Assembly: GCF_036588685.1 (NCBI RefSeq) | Contig: NC_086377.1 | Coordinates: 17,794,001 to 17,858,000 of the forward strand | Reading direction: 5' to 3' | Length of the DNA stretch: 64,000 bases | Origin: Mytilus trossulus | Lineage: Eukaryota | Shown: positions 1 to 11,580 of the stretch, one piece after another | How the letters are laid out: every line of letters begins with the position of its first letter | How positions within the stretch are numbered: the stretch's first letter is position 1 | Notes under the pieces: model-generated | What the model was told of the DNA's origin: nothing | The model's input: the letters and a program-made list of their open reading frames with translations, nothing else | Database searches by the model: none | Translations under genes and position numbers: made by a program

Positions 1-1403
1 TATTTTATATCATTTATAATTTGCTGTATGAATAGATTTTTTGAGTAAAACTCTTTTGAATAGATATGTTACTGTTAATTTAACATCGCTTTTCGTAGGC
101 ATGTTTAAAATTTAAGAATAAACCTTTGTATTTGTATTAAAAAAACGTCGTGATCAAATATTTTTTTTCTTCAAATCTGAATATCACTTTCTGAATTTTG
201 TTAACCTGTGACAACAACCTGTATTCATTTCAGAAGAAGCAATTAATTCACGACTTGGGCTTTGTTTTATCTTAATAACGGGTTTTGTATTTGTAAAATT
301 TTTAAATCATTTGATAAAGAAATTTAAATCAATATTGTCTCTTTCTTAATATATCACGCTATTTCTTTTTGTAGCGTCACTCGGTCATTTATTTTCCTCA
401 TGTTCAAGGAACTGTGTTTACTTTTAATCTAGGGTTAATGGTTCTTTGAAAGTCAATCCGTCGCTGTATATTGAATAACATAAAAAATAAAACACAATAA
501 TTATATGATTTTCAAACGATTTGGAATTACATAGGACTAATAACTACTTCTGATGAGGAAGTTAGTGCAGTAGTTTAATCCCTTAATCCCTCATTCTTTT
601 TATAAAAAATCGAACAACGACGCGAAGGGATAGTGCAATAACAATTGAGCAATTCGCTTCTCTGTAAATGACAGAAGAGATTTTATTCGAAATTCAAATG
701 AAAAATAATAATCCATGTTACAATACAGCCTCAACGACAATAGTCTATATTAAGTTTTACGGATGTCATCATGTTGTAGTTGACCGCAATATATGTGTCG
801 ATGTGACCACGGACCAATTGCCCGGATCGTGACACACATTATTGTACTATGATGCTTATTTTCCATCAGCCATGTGGCGTGTTAAAGTGGATGAAAAGCG
901 AATGCTAACCATTCCGTAGCACTTAAGTTCAAACTATTTGTTATGTTAGAATCTTGATTTTCTATCGAGTGTTATATGGAATTTATTTTATTGAACCTCC
1001 CTTTCTTTTTGATCAAAGTCCGATCTGTTTTTCCTTCCAGTAATATCTTGCAGAAACAGGAATTTAATATTCTTTCGATTCTTTTTTTAATGTATGTGAT
1101 ATCATCGTTATACATTTGCTATATTATATTCTGTACTTTTATGTCTGTCTATAGCTTTTTTCACATCTGACTAATCGCAAGCCTTCATCAATTATTTAAA
1201 CATTACTAGTTTTGGAACGAACAACTTTGTTATGACGGAATTTTGAATGATATATTATTTAAGTATGTTTTTAAAAAATTCAGTGATGAGACTATTCTGT
1301 TTATATAAAACATACAACGATTAGAAAGGATTTTTTTTTAAAGAAATGATTTCAATTTCCAACTGAGTTAGACACATCGATCCGATTTTTATATTATGTG
1401 TTT

Positions 1404-1515
1404 ATAGCGATAAACAGATTATCATTGAGCATCTCAACTCGATTGCTTTTCTCGCTTTTGCCGGGTCGACCCAAATGCGAAAAGCAATCTCGTTTGAATG
1501 ATCAACGATAATCTG
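1404..1515. repeat. Hairpin-ended non-autonomous DNA element fragment (unclassified; longer copy at 46863-47131)
   Basis: Imperfect palindrome AGATTATCATTG...CAACGATAATCT preceded by ATAGCGATAAAC; the same module lies at 47020-47131. Confidence 0.55.
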
Positions 1516-1532
1516 TAAGTAAACAAAGTATT

Positions 1533-1623
1533 AGTCTGCCGAGATGGAATTAAAAGAAGGCAGTCTAGATAAAAGTATAAGTCTGCCGAGATGGAATTAG
1601 AAGAAGGCAGTCTAGATAAAAGT
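1533..1623. repeat. 48-bp tandem duplication
   Basis: AGTCTGCCGAGATGGAATT...CAGTCTAGATAAAAGT starts at 1533 and at 1581. Confidence 0.85.
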
Positions 1624-2043
1624 TAAGGAATATTTATCTCACCGCTAAAATTATCGTTCCATTTCTGTTTGATGTGACTGTTTCTCCTTGATATAGAATT
1701 GATTGATCTTCGCTAAATAGGATTATTTCTTGTCCTGAAATGTGAATATAATATAAAAATAATTTACCAAAAAAGTTTTATATACATAATTGGAGTGTTC
1801 CTGAAAAAGACAGCGGATGTTGGACAGGGGTAAACATTTTGCTTTGCAACCGGTCAACCGGAAAATTGTTGAAACGGTACTTAACGTCAAGACACTCATC
1901 CTATACCAGGCACAGATCAACTTAAGTTCTCCTCTGTACATTTGAAGATCCCTCTAATCATATGCATTGTGAAAGATAATTTAACGTTCACGATCCAATC
2001 ATAAGTGACTTATGTTTTTTTAACAATCGTATCTACGGTCCAC

Positions 2044-2122
2044 CATCTTCGCTAGCCAAGGGTTACGATCCACTTCCGCTCTCTGAGCGGGAGTGGATTT
2101 TAACCCTTGGCTAGCGAAGATG
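2044..2122. mobile_element. 79-bp palindromic MITE with 9-bp TSD (Academ- or MULE-type, superfamily uncertain)
   Basis: CATCTTCGCTAGCCAAGGGTTA...TAACCCTTGGCTAGCGAAGATG near-perfect foldback; flanks ACGGTCCAC and AAGGTCCAC match 8/9. Confidence 0.75.
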
Positions 2123-3118
2123 AAGGTCCACTTGAGCATAATTTTTACTTGGTAGTACATGACATTGCATGCATGGCCGTATTTTTGTTCCACGACCAAC
2201 CTCTGTGGTTTTCTTTATCTTGTTCTAGAGTGAAATAGAAAAGTTCTTCCACGCTAGATCGACAAACAAAGATAACAAACCACAAGGAAAAAGTTAATTA
2301 AGGCAAACATAACAAAGTTATACCGTATTATATATCTATAAATATTTATGAAAGTGCAAATAATATGCTGGAGTACCAAATGTTTGAAACGGTTAAGGGT
2401 CTCGTTGAGGAGTTTTCAATTTTTGAATTGTTTAAATTTTAAGGGAATGTTTTCCCTATAGTTTCACCTAGTCTTATTCTGTATAAAAATGCTACTTTTT
2501 TTTCTTGTTTTTGTAGTTATACGATGTATGTATTCTATATACTATATCATTCTTTCTTTAAAATGTATTTTTTAATTAACAGTTCTATTTTTAAGTAACA
2601 GTTCTATTTTTAATCTTTATATTTTGCACCCCATTATTTTCCTTCTTTACAATTGTGACTTATTATTCTATATTTTTATTTTTTTGCTATTCTCTATCAA
2701 CGCTATACCGCTAACCGCATCTAGACCCTCCTGTTGATGTGATTAACACGATATGGGAATATTTAATATAATAGTATTTCGAATGATATCATTAAACTTC
2801 CCTCTTCTGCTGCTTGAATAGTGTGAATAGGTCAAAGTTGATTTTGTATTACAGAATTTAGTCAGTTAAATAAACAATAAACATGATTTATACATGTTAT
2901 ATGCGGGTTTGAATAATACAGAAAATGTCTGATAAAAACATTTTTGAACACAAAAAATGTGTGGAAGATAGTGACATGCAATAATTTAACCTACCGCTGC
3001 TGTAAATAGAACCGAAAGTACAAATGAAATAAAATATTTCATCCTGTCAATATTGAATAATGAAATAGATTAGACTTGAGAAAATGAAACAGGTGTTTGC
3101 CCAAAACATTTGTAAGTA

Positions 3119-3260
3119 TACTCACTCGACACACAACTCAAATGAATAACACTTCCTGTTACAAACTTCGTAGTTAGTCTATTTATGGACATTTTGTGAC
3201 CTATTTTTAAAAGTATATCATATTTACATTTAAATACCTTTATGATATAGATACTGTTAC
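3119..3260 (-). promoter_or_regulatory. Core promoter and short non-coding first exon of a third HSPA12-like paralog (coding exons left of the window)
   Basis: Homologous to the blocks at 11435-11580 and 24662-24800 upstream of the two HSPA12 genes; (C)ATAAATAGAC TATA-like box at ~3177-3187 and GTGAGTA donor at 3125-3119. Confidence 0.7.
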
Positions 3261-3820
3261 ATTGTATACTGTTGTTGTTAATTTAATAACAAGAGTACAA
3301 TGACTTGTTTATAGAGAGAACCACGCTCTATACACGTTAAACAATACTTTCAACAATTCATTGATGGATAATTGAACGAGCCTTTGAATGGTTTGGTTTC
3401 AGTCCTTATCAAATAAACCTTCAATTTTAAGAGCAGTCCAATTTTCCATCAATTATCTCGGACAACTTCTTCTTACAGAAATTTCCTTTTATGTTTTATT
3501 TATTCATGTCCGCTTTGAAAACTGCCGTTGAAAAATTATCTATGTCATTGTTCTTGTTTGATAATTGTAATTTCATTATAACATGTATAAACATAATTAA
3601 TGTGTCTTTCAGCATTTCAGTGATATTTTGTGTGTTCCAGTTACGATTATCACTTTAATACCAGAGCTATGAATATTGCCTATTTAAAAACCCAAACTTA
3701 ATTGCCTTATGTTTTATTTGTGTTTGAACTCAATGTGAATATGCTTGGAATATAGACCTCTGGCCAATAAGCAAACAAAATCACTGGTAGTGTAGCCTTC
3801 ACACTAGCTGATGAACAAAA

Positions 3821-4311
3821 CACTACACAGGCAAAATTTGCTCGTATGAATTTCACATGAATATCACATGAAATTCACATGAAAAATTTCACGTGAGATT
3901 CACCTCAATCGAGCTTATACATGAAACTCACGTGAACATTTTCATGTGAATTTCACGTGAATTGAGATTCACATGAATCTGATGTGAAATTTTTCACATG
4001 AATTTCACGTGAAATTAACAACTAAAAAAAATGATATTTTCATCATTTTGATTAAATTTAAAAATTAATTGTTATTTGAAATACTCTATTTTAAAAATTC
4101 ATGTGAATTTCACATGAAAAAAATTTACGTGCTTTTCATGTGAAATTCACATGAATGTCATATGAGATTAACATGAAACTCACAAAAACTGATTTCACGT
4201 GGATTTCACGTATAAGCTCGTTTGAGGTGAAATTGATGTGAATTTCACGTGAGATTCACATGAATTTAAATTCACGTGAAATTGATGTGAGTTAAATTTG
4301 CCTGTGTAGCG
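3821..4311. mobile_element. CACTA/CMC-like MITE with palindromic subterminal repeats
   Basis: TIRs CACTACACAGGCAAA and TTTGCCTGTGTAGCG; interior packed with TTCACGTGAA/TTCACATGAA motifs; no TSD visible. Confidence 0.7.
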
Positions 4312-5438
4312 GTCGACTTCAATACTTCTCACAGAACGTAACTCAATTAGCTTGTACAAGTGTAAAATATTGATAGTCAATATTATAACCTGGATGTTTC
4401 CTGGTCAATCAAGTCATTAAAGGATTCTAAAAATAATCGTAGAAATGATTTATCTTTTGTAAATCTGATTTTTTTCTACATATATAACAACAGCATCAGC
4501 TAACTTTCTCTTCACAAACCCCAAAATAAATTGCCATATATTAACATAGATTCTTCAATCTTAACCAGGTTGCTATGCTATATGGTAAAATCTAAATACG
4601 TATAAAAATAAACAAAATTTGTATTCATTACTCTTCTGTTCAATTGCATACTTTTTGGGGTCACTTACAGCAAAAACACTTACATTAAATCTGTATATAG
4701 AAGCACTTGACAAAAAATAAGATAACGCGGTCCTTCATCAAACAAACAAAAGCTGTTGTTTTTTCTATGGTCAGGTTGTTGTCTCTTTGACACATTCCCC
4801 ATTTCCATTCTCAATTTCAAGGGTTAAAAGAGAACAGATGTAAGATCACCGAAACATATGACTTTTTTTAATAACTATCCCTCTCCTCCCCCGCCAAAAG
4901 CATTGTGCTTTTGGATGCCACTGTTACCTTGAACTCATCAACAAGTCTGTCGAAATGTTTAGCGAAAGAGAATTGTATTTAGACCATTTTGCACTAAAAT
5001 TGAGTATTCATGCGCTCGACAGCGTCAATATATGATAATTATGCAAAAGTAAAGCATCAGGTATTTATCTATGCGGTTCTTTGTTAAATGGATAAGGATT
5101 TTGAATTGGCAGTGTGACACCTATGTGCATCACTCGCCAGTAGTAAAGAGACAACTAATTATAACAATATCTTAAACATATGAGCAGAGTGCACAAAATA
5201 TGCTGAGTGTTTACTAGACAGGACTAATTCATTTTATTGGAATTAATTTGCATTATATCTATTGTTAAGACAAATAAGTCAATAACATTACCAGTGAAAA
5301 CTTCAAATTTAAAGTGATTGATATCGCAAACTGGTTTGCTCGTGTATCGATTTATTCGCAAAAGTGTTTAGTATTTCAGTAATCGTAATTATATATGCAT
5401 TCACGTGTTATAATATACCATGAAACACAGTTAATATC

Positions 5439-5583
5439 GGGCCCTGTTATAGCTGACTATGCGGTATGGGCTTTGCTCATTGTTGAAGGCCGTACGGTGA
5501 CCTATAGTCGTTAATGTTTGTGTCATTTTGGTCTTTTGTGGATAGTTGTCTCATTGGCAATCATACCACATCTTCTTTATTAT
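5439..5583 (+). mobile_element. PLE-type 3'-end repeat family R1 (other copies ~9527-9920, 18328-18420, 20770-20950, 21698-22050, 25040-25220, 44786-45197, 57000-57250, 61520-62015)
   Basis: Recurrent TATAGCTGACTATGCGGTATGGGCTTTGCTCATTGTTGAAGGCCGTACGGTGACCTATAG...ACCACATCTTCTT. Longer copies share the twister-like module with the RT-linked family at 36090. Confidence 0.65.
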
Positions 5584-6038
5584 AAGTTAATTAACTATAA
5601 TTCAAGAATCAACACAAACACAGGGGTATTCAAAACATCTACACTAAATGTATAAAGCTTCAACCATAACACGAGGTGACATAGTGACCAAAGATTTTAT
5701 TTGAATGAATTTATTACTACAGCATTACGATGTCTTTTAAAATGGCTATTTCTAGACAGTTTGTATGTACCCATAACAAGTCTTTAGACTATTCTGTCGT
5801 TTGGTGGCTGTTTCATTGACGAATACCAAATATACCCTACAAGTTATCATGTGAAGACTCTTCTGTCTTAAGCAAAAATATATAAACCTTAGTATACAAT
5901 TAAGTTATGAAAAGAATCGAATGTTTTAGAATAAACCGACGATAATACACTCTTCTGCACAAATTGAAATTTAGGATATATCTATGAGGTAGTCCTAAGT
6001 GTAAGACGCAGGTGATAATGCATTCAAGTTAATAATCC

Positions 6039-9000
6039 TTATATTAGATTAAACGTTGCTGATATCGCCTCCCCAGACTTTCTATCATGAGCCTTAATGT
6101 CAATTTCCGTATTTCCAAGGACAAATTCTACGTCTACCCAGCGTTGATCCTCGCAGGTGTCAGAAAAAGTGATTGTCGGTGTACATAGCAAAGCACATGT
6201 ATCATCGTCGACATAACTTGGTGTTGTCTCTTCAGATACATATACCATGATGTCCATTTTGTCTTGATGTTCGAAAGGTGTAAAGAATGATTTATTAACT
6301 ACCATTCCTGCTTTAACGCTTTCGTCTTTTCCGACGATAAGAGAAAAAATGTTGTCACACCTTTTCTCCTTTTCCATAACTACATAATGTTTTTTATCAT
6401 ATTTTCTGTCATCCCAAGGAACATTAGTTTTCACACCATAACTGCATCGCATTATCCGTGACTGGATATATTCTGGCTTATGGCCAAACAAAACAGCCCC
6501 TCTAAGCACGGAAAGACTGGCTTCATCTGGAATTATTATTCTTTTCTCCAGGAATTCTTTATTAACTGCGTCTTTTATAAACTGGCAATCTGAGAATCCT
6601 CCAACCAATAACAAATGTGTCACGCCCTTTAATGTCTTTTTTCCTAAAATCTCTTTCATGAGAGTAAGCACATTGTTAATTGTAGGTGTATATAGTTTCT
6701 TGAAAAACTCAAGGCTCATACGAATCTTATCATGTGTTAGTGTTATTTCCCCTGAATATGTAGAGGATTTAAGCAGAGACTTTAAATCTTTTTTGTGAAC
6801 TTCCTGGCACATTGTGTTTAGTGCAACAAACGGTATTGTTATAGTAACTTTAGGTTTATTAATTTCAAGTGTTTTCTTGACAATCTCGAATTCTCTTACT
6901 AAGTCTAAATATGCAAGGGGGCTATCTTCTTTCAATGATTTCATTATTTTCTCTCCAAAGATCTGTTCACAAAGCTTGAAGAACCTTCTATCAACCGATG
7001 TACCCCCACAATCATTTCCCATAGCTCTGTGTATTTCTTTCAAGCGACCATTTGCTACTTTCGGATGAACTGTAATGTCTGCAGTACCGCCTAGATGACA
7101 GACAAAATACACACTGTGGTTGATGATTGTAATATAACAAAATAAACAGAACTTAATAGATTCGTCTTTTACATATACCATAATGCATCTTGCATTTTGA
7201 TTTTTGATCTGAGTAAATTGAAATATCTGCCTATGATATTTGCAGACATGCGTCTTCTTTTCCACATTTTCAGATATTAACCCGCTTCAATTTTCATTAG
7301 CAACACAGTAACATTTCGTTTTCAACTCAACTTGATCCATATTAAAATGTTCTTAAATACTCGAAATTAAAAATTTAAAACTCAATATTATGAAATTAAT
7401 TAATAGACATTTTTTGTTATTACAATTAGAATGTTTTTTTTTTAATTCGATTTAAATATGGATGTATCACCTACCTCCAAGGTCAACGACCATGTACTCT
7501 GTCCCCTCCGAAGTCATTGCGAAACCTGGTACCGAACCATTCAATCTTTCAGTGGGTAAATATTGACAAAAAATAGATGCTGTTTCTGGTTCAAGTGCAA
7601 CGATCAAATTCTTTGTTTGTATGCCAGCCTATAATAAACAGAGAATTCTTTCAAAGAATATCCGTTTTACAAAATATATAAGTATGTGTTATAGCACTCT
7701 TTCAATGTAAAGTCACATTTCAGCAATTTACTTGCCTAATGTCATGAGCCTTTTAGTATTTTATTTGTTATTTTGGCATTATATTATAAATGTAGCCAAA
7801 GCGGGGTCAATGAAGTTTGTTTTTAATGTTCGAATCCCTTTTTTATGTTACGATACACATACGACTACAAAACCTCATGAAAGGTCATATTTCAACTCTA
7901 TTAGCACATTGTTTTTACATTTTGAGACCCACAAAATGTAAATGCTAAATATCAGGCAAATGTCCGGGTTAGCCTTTTCCCGCATTTATTTTGTTTTTTA
8001 CAAAATATAAATGTGTGTTTCAACTTTGCATAGTGTATGCTTCAGCGAAACCAATAAGTCATATTGCTAAAATAAATATGTTTCCGTATTGTAACTAAGT
8101 GTAAAACAAATGACACCTTCATACTACTAACCGCTTCAGCACACGATCTCATAAATCTTTTAGCTTTATCAGTCCAGATTGCAGGAACAGTAAGGACCCA
8201 TTTAACTTCATCTTGCTGGACTATATTTCCTCGTGTTTTCAAAAGATCTAGTAAATGTGTTACTAAGAAGTTGATTGATAATTTAAATACATCGAAAGCT
8301 GGCATTCGTTTTGTCCCAGTAATGTCTTCTAGCATCATGCTACTTGTGATGTTCTATTTCATGAAAATAAAAATAACAAAACTAATACATATATTTGCAC
8401 ATCTATATAACGAGTGTAAATAAACTCATCATAGATACCAGGACTAAATTTAGTATATACGTCAGACGCGTGTAATAACAGTAATAAACAGTGATAGACA
8501 GTTCTGTGCGAATATGCTTATTTTTCTACTTTGTTGATTAAGATTCGTTTTACTAATTCCAAAATGGAAGATTCTGGTAGTTTGTGGAATGGGGAGGGTT
8601 GTCAGCTTTCTATAAAAAGTTAAATCACGCAAATACTGAACTCCGAGGAAAATTCAAAACGGAGAGTCCCTAATTAAATTAGAAAACACATCAAACGAAT
8701 GGACACCAACTAACATATTCCTGTCTTAGTACAAATGTAGAAAATTATGAATTAAACCTGACTTAATAGCGCTAAACCTCTCCCTTGTATGACAGTTGCT
8801 TCAAATTCCATTATATTTACAACGATGCGTGAAAACACCAGGGCTCTTACTCACACCCTAATAACCTCTAGAAAAAATGTGTTTATTCTTATGGTAAGTT
8901 ATTGTTGGTAGTCGGCTGGTAACTGCTCTTTGGTAAGGCTGTTGTGTCTTTGTCTATTTCCATTCTTAATTTTATTCAATTATCTATATCAATATAATTG

Positions 9001-9311
9001 AAATATACCTTGTTATTATGTAGATTCATTTTGAAGCGTTCAAAATACAAGTAATCAGCATGTTCTTCTTCTAATAACAATTCAGCCCACTGATTCTCTG
9101 CATCGTACCCAAACGCTACAAACTCTCGTTTCCCGTCTAATAATAGACATGTTGGTGTTTTCACTGACGTGCAGTGACGAGTCTTCCACATTGCAGTGTG
9201 TATTTGTAATGGGTCTTTGGCGAACTCATTTCTCATCGAAAACGAATAACCTGAGTATGTAGTACCAAAGTCAATAGCAGCAACCATCAAGTAATTTCTA
9301 GAATCTTCCAT
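6039..9311 (-). CDS. HSPA12: Heat shock 70 kDa protein 12-like (atypical Hsp70, HSPA12 family), copy A, 576 aa, intact
   Basis: Coding exons 9311-9009, 8353-8132, 7628-7475 and 7090-6039, all GT-AG, phases 0/0/1, 1731 nt. Motifs AAIDFGTTYSGY, KTPT, WVLTVPAIW, ALEPE, VVDLGGGTAD, LVGGFS, VLRGAVLFG. Confidence 0.92.
8620..8830 (-). mobile_element. PLE-type 3'-end repeat family R5 with a degenerate twister-like module (also 12150-12270 and 13100-13337, plus strand)
   Basis: Minus strand reads ACTGTCATACAAGGGAGAGGTTTAGCGCTA...TTTAATTC...TGTACTAAGACAGGAATATG; homologous to 13141-13337. Confidence 0.6.
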
Positions 9312-10583
9312 TATTTATTTTTTTTTCATCTGAAATACGCAATATCAATGATCTTTATTATTATAGGACATGACATATACAGTAGGAATAATTCTTTTTT
9401 AGCCATAATACCACATTATTTCAAACTACAATTCAGAATCACATTAAAATTGAAGAGTAACTATATTCAGCATTTTGCTTATAGGATGTTGATCATAAAG
9501 GTTCCTTCTGGTGAGTGAAGTCATTTTCATCTGACTTTTATAGTTCGGTCTTATGTTGTACTGTTAAACCACTGCCACCGTCTAGGGAAGGATTGGGTCC
9601 TCGCTAACATGTTTACCCTTCTAAATTATGAATGTGCATGCCTGTCCTAAGTCAGGAGCCTGTAATTCAGTGGTTGTCTTTTGTTGCTGTGTTACAAATT
9701 TGTTTTTCGTTCACGTTTTCGTACATTAATTAGACCTTTATTTTTTAGTTGTAATTGTTTTATATTTGTCATGTCAAGGCCTTTTATAGCTGACTATGCA
9801 GTATGGACTTTGCTCGTTGTTGATGGCTATACGGTGCACATAAGCTGTTAATTTCTGTATCATTTGGTCTATTTTGAAGAGTTGTCTCCCTGTCAATCAT
9901 AACACATCTTTTTTTTTTTATTCTTACTCAAATACTGATTAAAATGTCTGGTGAACAAAAGGACAAGAATATCGCCTGGATGTTTTGTCCTTTGCAGAAT
10001 TGTATGTAAACAACAACAAATGATAAGTGATAGGTGATCTGTATATCTTTACTTTTTCTGTTTGTTTTGTTCAATAAGGAAAGCACAATGATTATACACA
10101 TGTGTTAAATATACATTAAACAGAAATATTGAGCACAATATAACAGAGAATTTATAATACGATTTTATAAGGACGTTATAAGGTTTTGGTTTCACTGATG
10201 ACGATGGATATGTTCTACTAATCAGAGCCAAACTCATATGTATGTTATTATGGAATAATTTTCCTTCAGTTCCACCAGAGACTCATATGACGTAGTTTTT
10301 CACCTGGTTAATTTTGGTTAGATAGGTTTTAGTTTTAGTACTAAATGTTTTACTCTACGTGTTGTTTTATTAGTGACCATGGTATTATCGTTTTTAAGAA
10401 TCCCTTTTTCTTGCGCTGGTTGGTGTATTTTCCCGCGGAATCTAATGCACACGGATAATTAAAGAATCATCTGAAATACTATATGATTTTCAATCAAGAA
10501 AGATAACGATATGTCAGGCTTTACTATTTTTATAATGTTAGTGCCTTCGTTATAATGTGTCGACTACATAAATTCAATATTGT

Positions 10584-10755
10584 CAGGGGCGGATCAAGAC
10601 ATTTTAAAAGGGGGGGGGGGTGTTCTAACCCAGGACAAAAGGGGGGGGTTCCAATTACATGTCCCCATTCAAATGCAATGATCGTCCAAAAAAATAAGGG
10701 GTTCCAACCTCCGGAACCCCAACCCCCCCCCCCCCCCCTTCTGGATCCGCGCCTG
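10584..10755. mobile_element. MITE with CAGG termini (hAT-like) and 5-bp TSD
   Basis: TIRs CAGGGGCGGATC and GATCCGCGCCTG; ATTGT on both flanks. Confidence 0.75.
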
Positions 10756-11434
10756 ATTGTATATCAGCTCGTTGTCCGTCCCAACATTTTAGTTAATGAT
10801 ACATGTATATGTATGTACTGTAAATAATAAGCCTTTTTAAATGACTTTTGAATGATGTAGTGTGAAAGGTCAACGATGAAGTTAATAATTTCATCTCTTG
10901 CTCATTATTTTAACTATACTGTGCTACCAATCCTCACCGTCGATACTAAATCGTTTCATTGTTCAGGTTGTATAGAAATACAGTTGCAATGAACGTCCAA
11001 AATAACATACATTGAATATGAAGTAGAAAAACTCTACATTTCCCAAACTATATTATATGTTAGAAAAAAAAGGCAGGAGACACATTTACCTATCATATCA
11101 AGAAATGATTCATGGTGGTATCGTTAAACACGTTGTAACAACCTAATCCCTGCTAAAAAACAATACGCGTATCATCATTTATTTCGAATAGTAACAATAA
11201 AACTACTCCTCCTGTCAACTGCCTTAAATGTGTTATGATGTGAAAGGTAATACTACCAGCTTGTAAAGTCGGCTGGGGACTATCAGATAACCTTACAGTG
11301 ATTAAACATGTTGAACCGAAAGTACAAATAGTACATAGAAAACTACTTTATCACTTGCATATTGAAAAGTAATCAATAAATAAATAATATACTGGAGAAA
11401 AAAAAAGATGTTTGCTATAAAACAGAAATAATTT

Positions 11435-11580
11435 TACTCACTCTACTGCCATATCAAATGAATGAAACTACCTCGTTTGAAATACTTCGCAGTTTGTCTA
11501 TTTATATTAAATACCTTTATGACTGATATTTAACAGTATCTCATATCTACTTTTAAATACCTTCATGATAGATAAATATA
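11435..11580 (-). promoter_or_regulatory. TATA promoter and short non-coding exon 1 of HSPA12 copy A
   Basis: TATAAATA at 11506-11499 (minus); GTGAGTA donor at 11441-11435; acceptor at 9331-9330; block conserved in three paralogous positions. Confidence 0.7.

Noticed and set aside
535-570. CTGATGAG hammerhead-like core
   Set aside because: No stem II-GAAAC or cleavage triplet; only a simple hairpin.
6814-7068. Plus-strand ORFs overlapping HSPA12, LINE and ZF exons
   Set aside because: Antisense shadows of the real minus-strand coding frames.
7091-7265. N-terminal extensions of the ORF-track entries (also 15768-15894 and 43299-43368)
   Set aside because: Intronic read-through; canonical acceptors at 7092-7091, 15769-15768 and 43300-43299 restore the conserved motifs.
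8417-8472. Possible hammerhead-bearing PLE end (also 12370-12430)
   Set aside because: Truncated or degenerate; the catalytic core is not present here.
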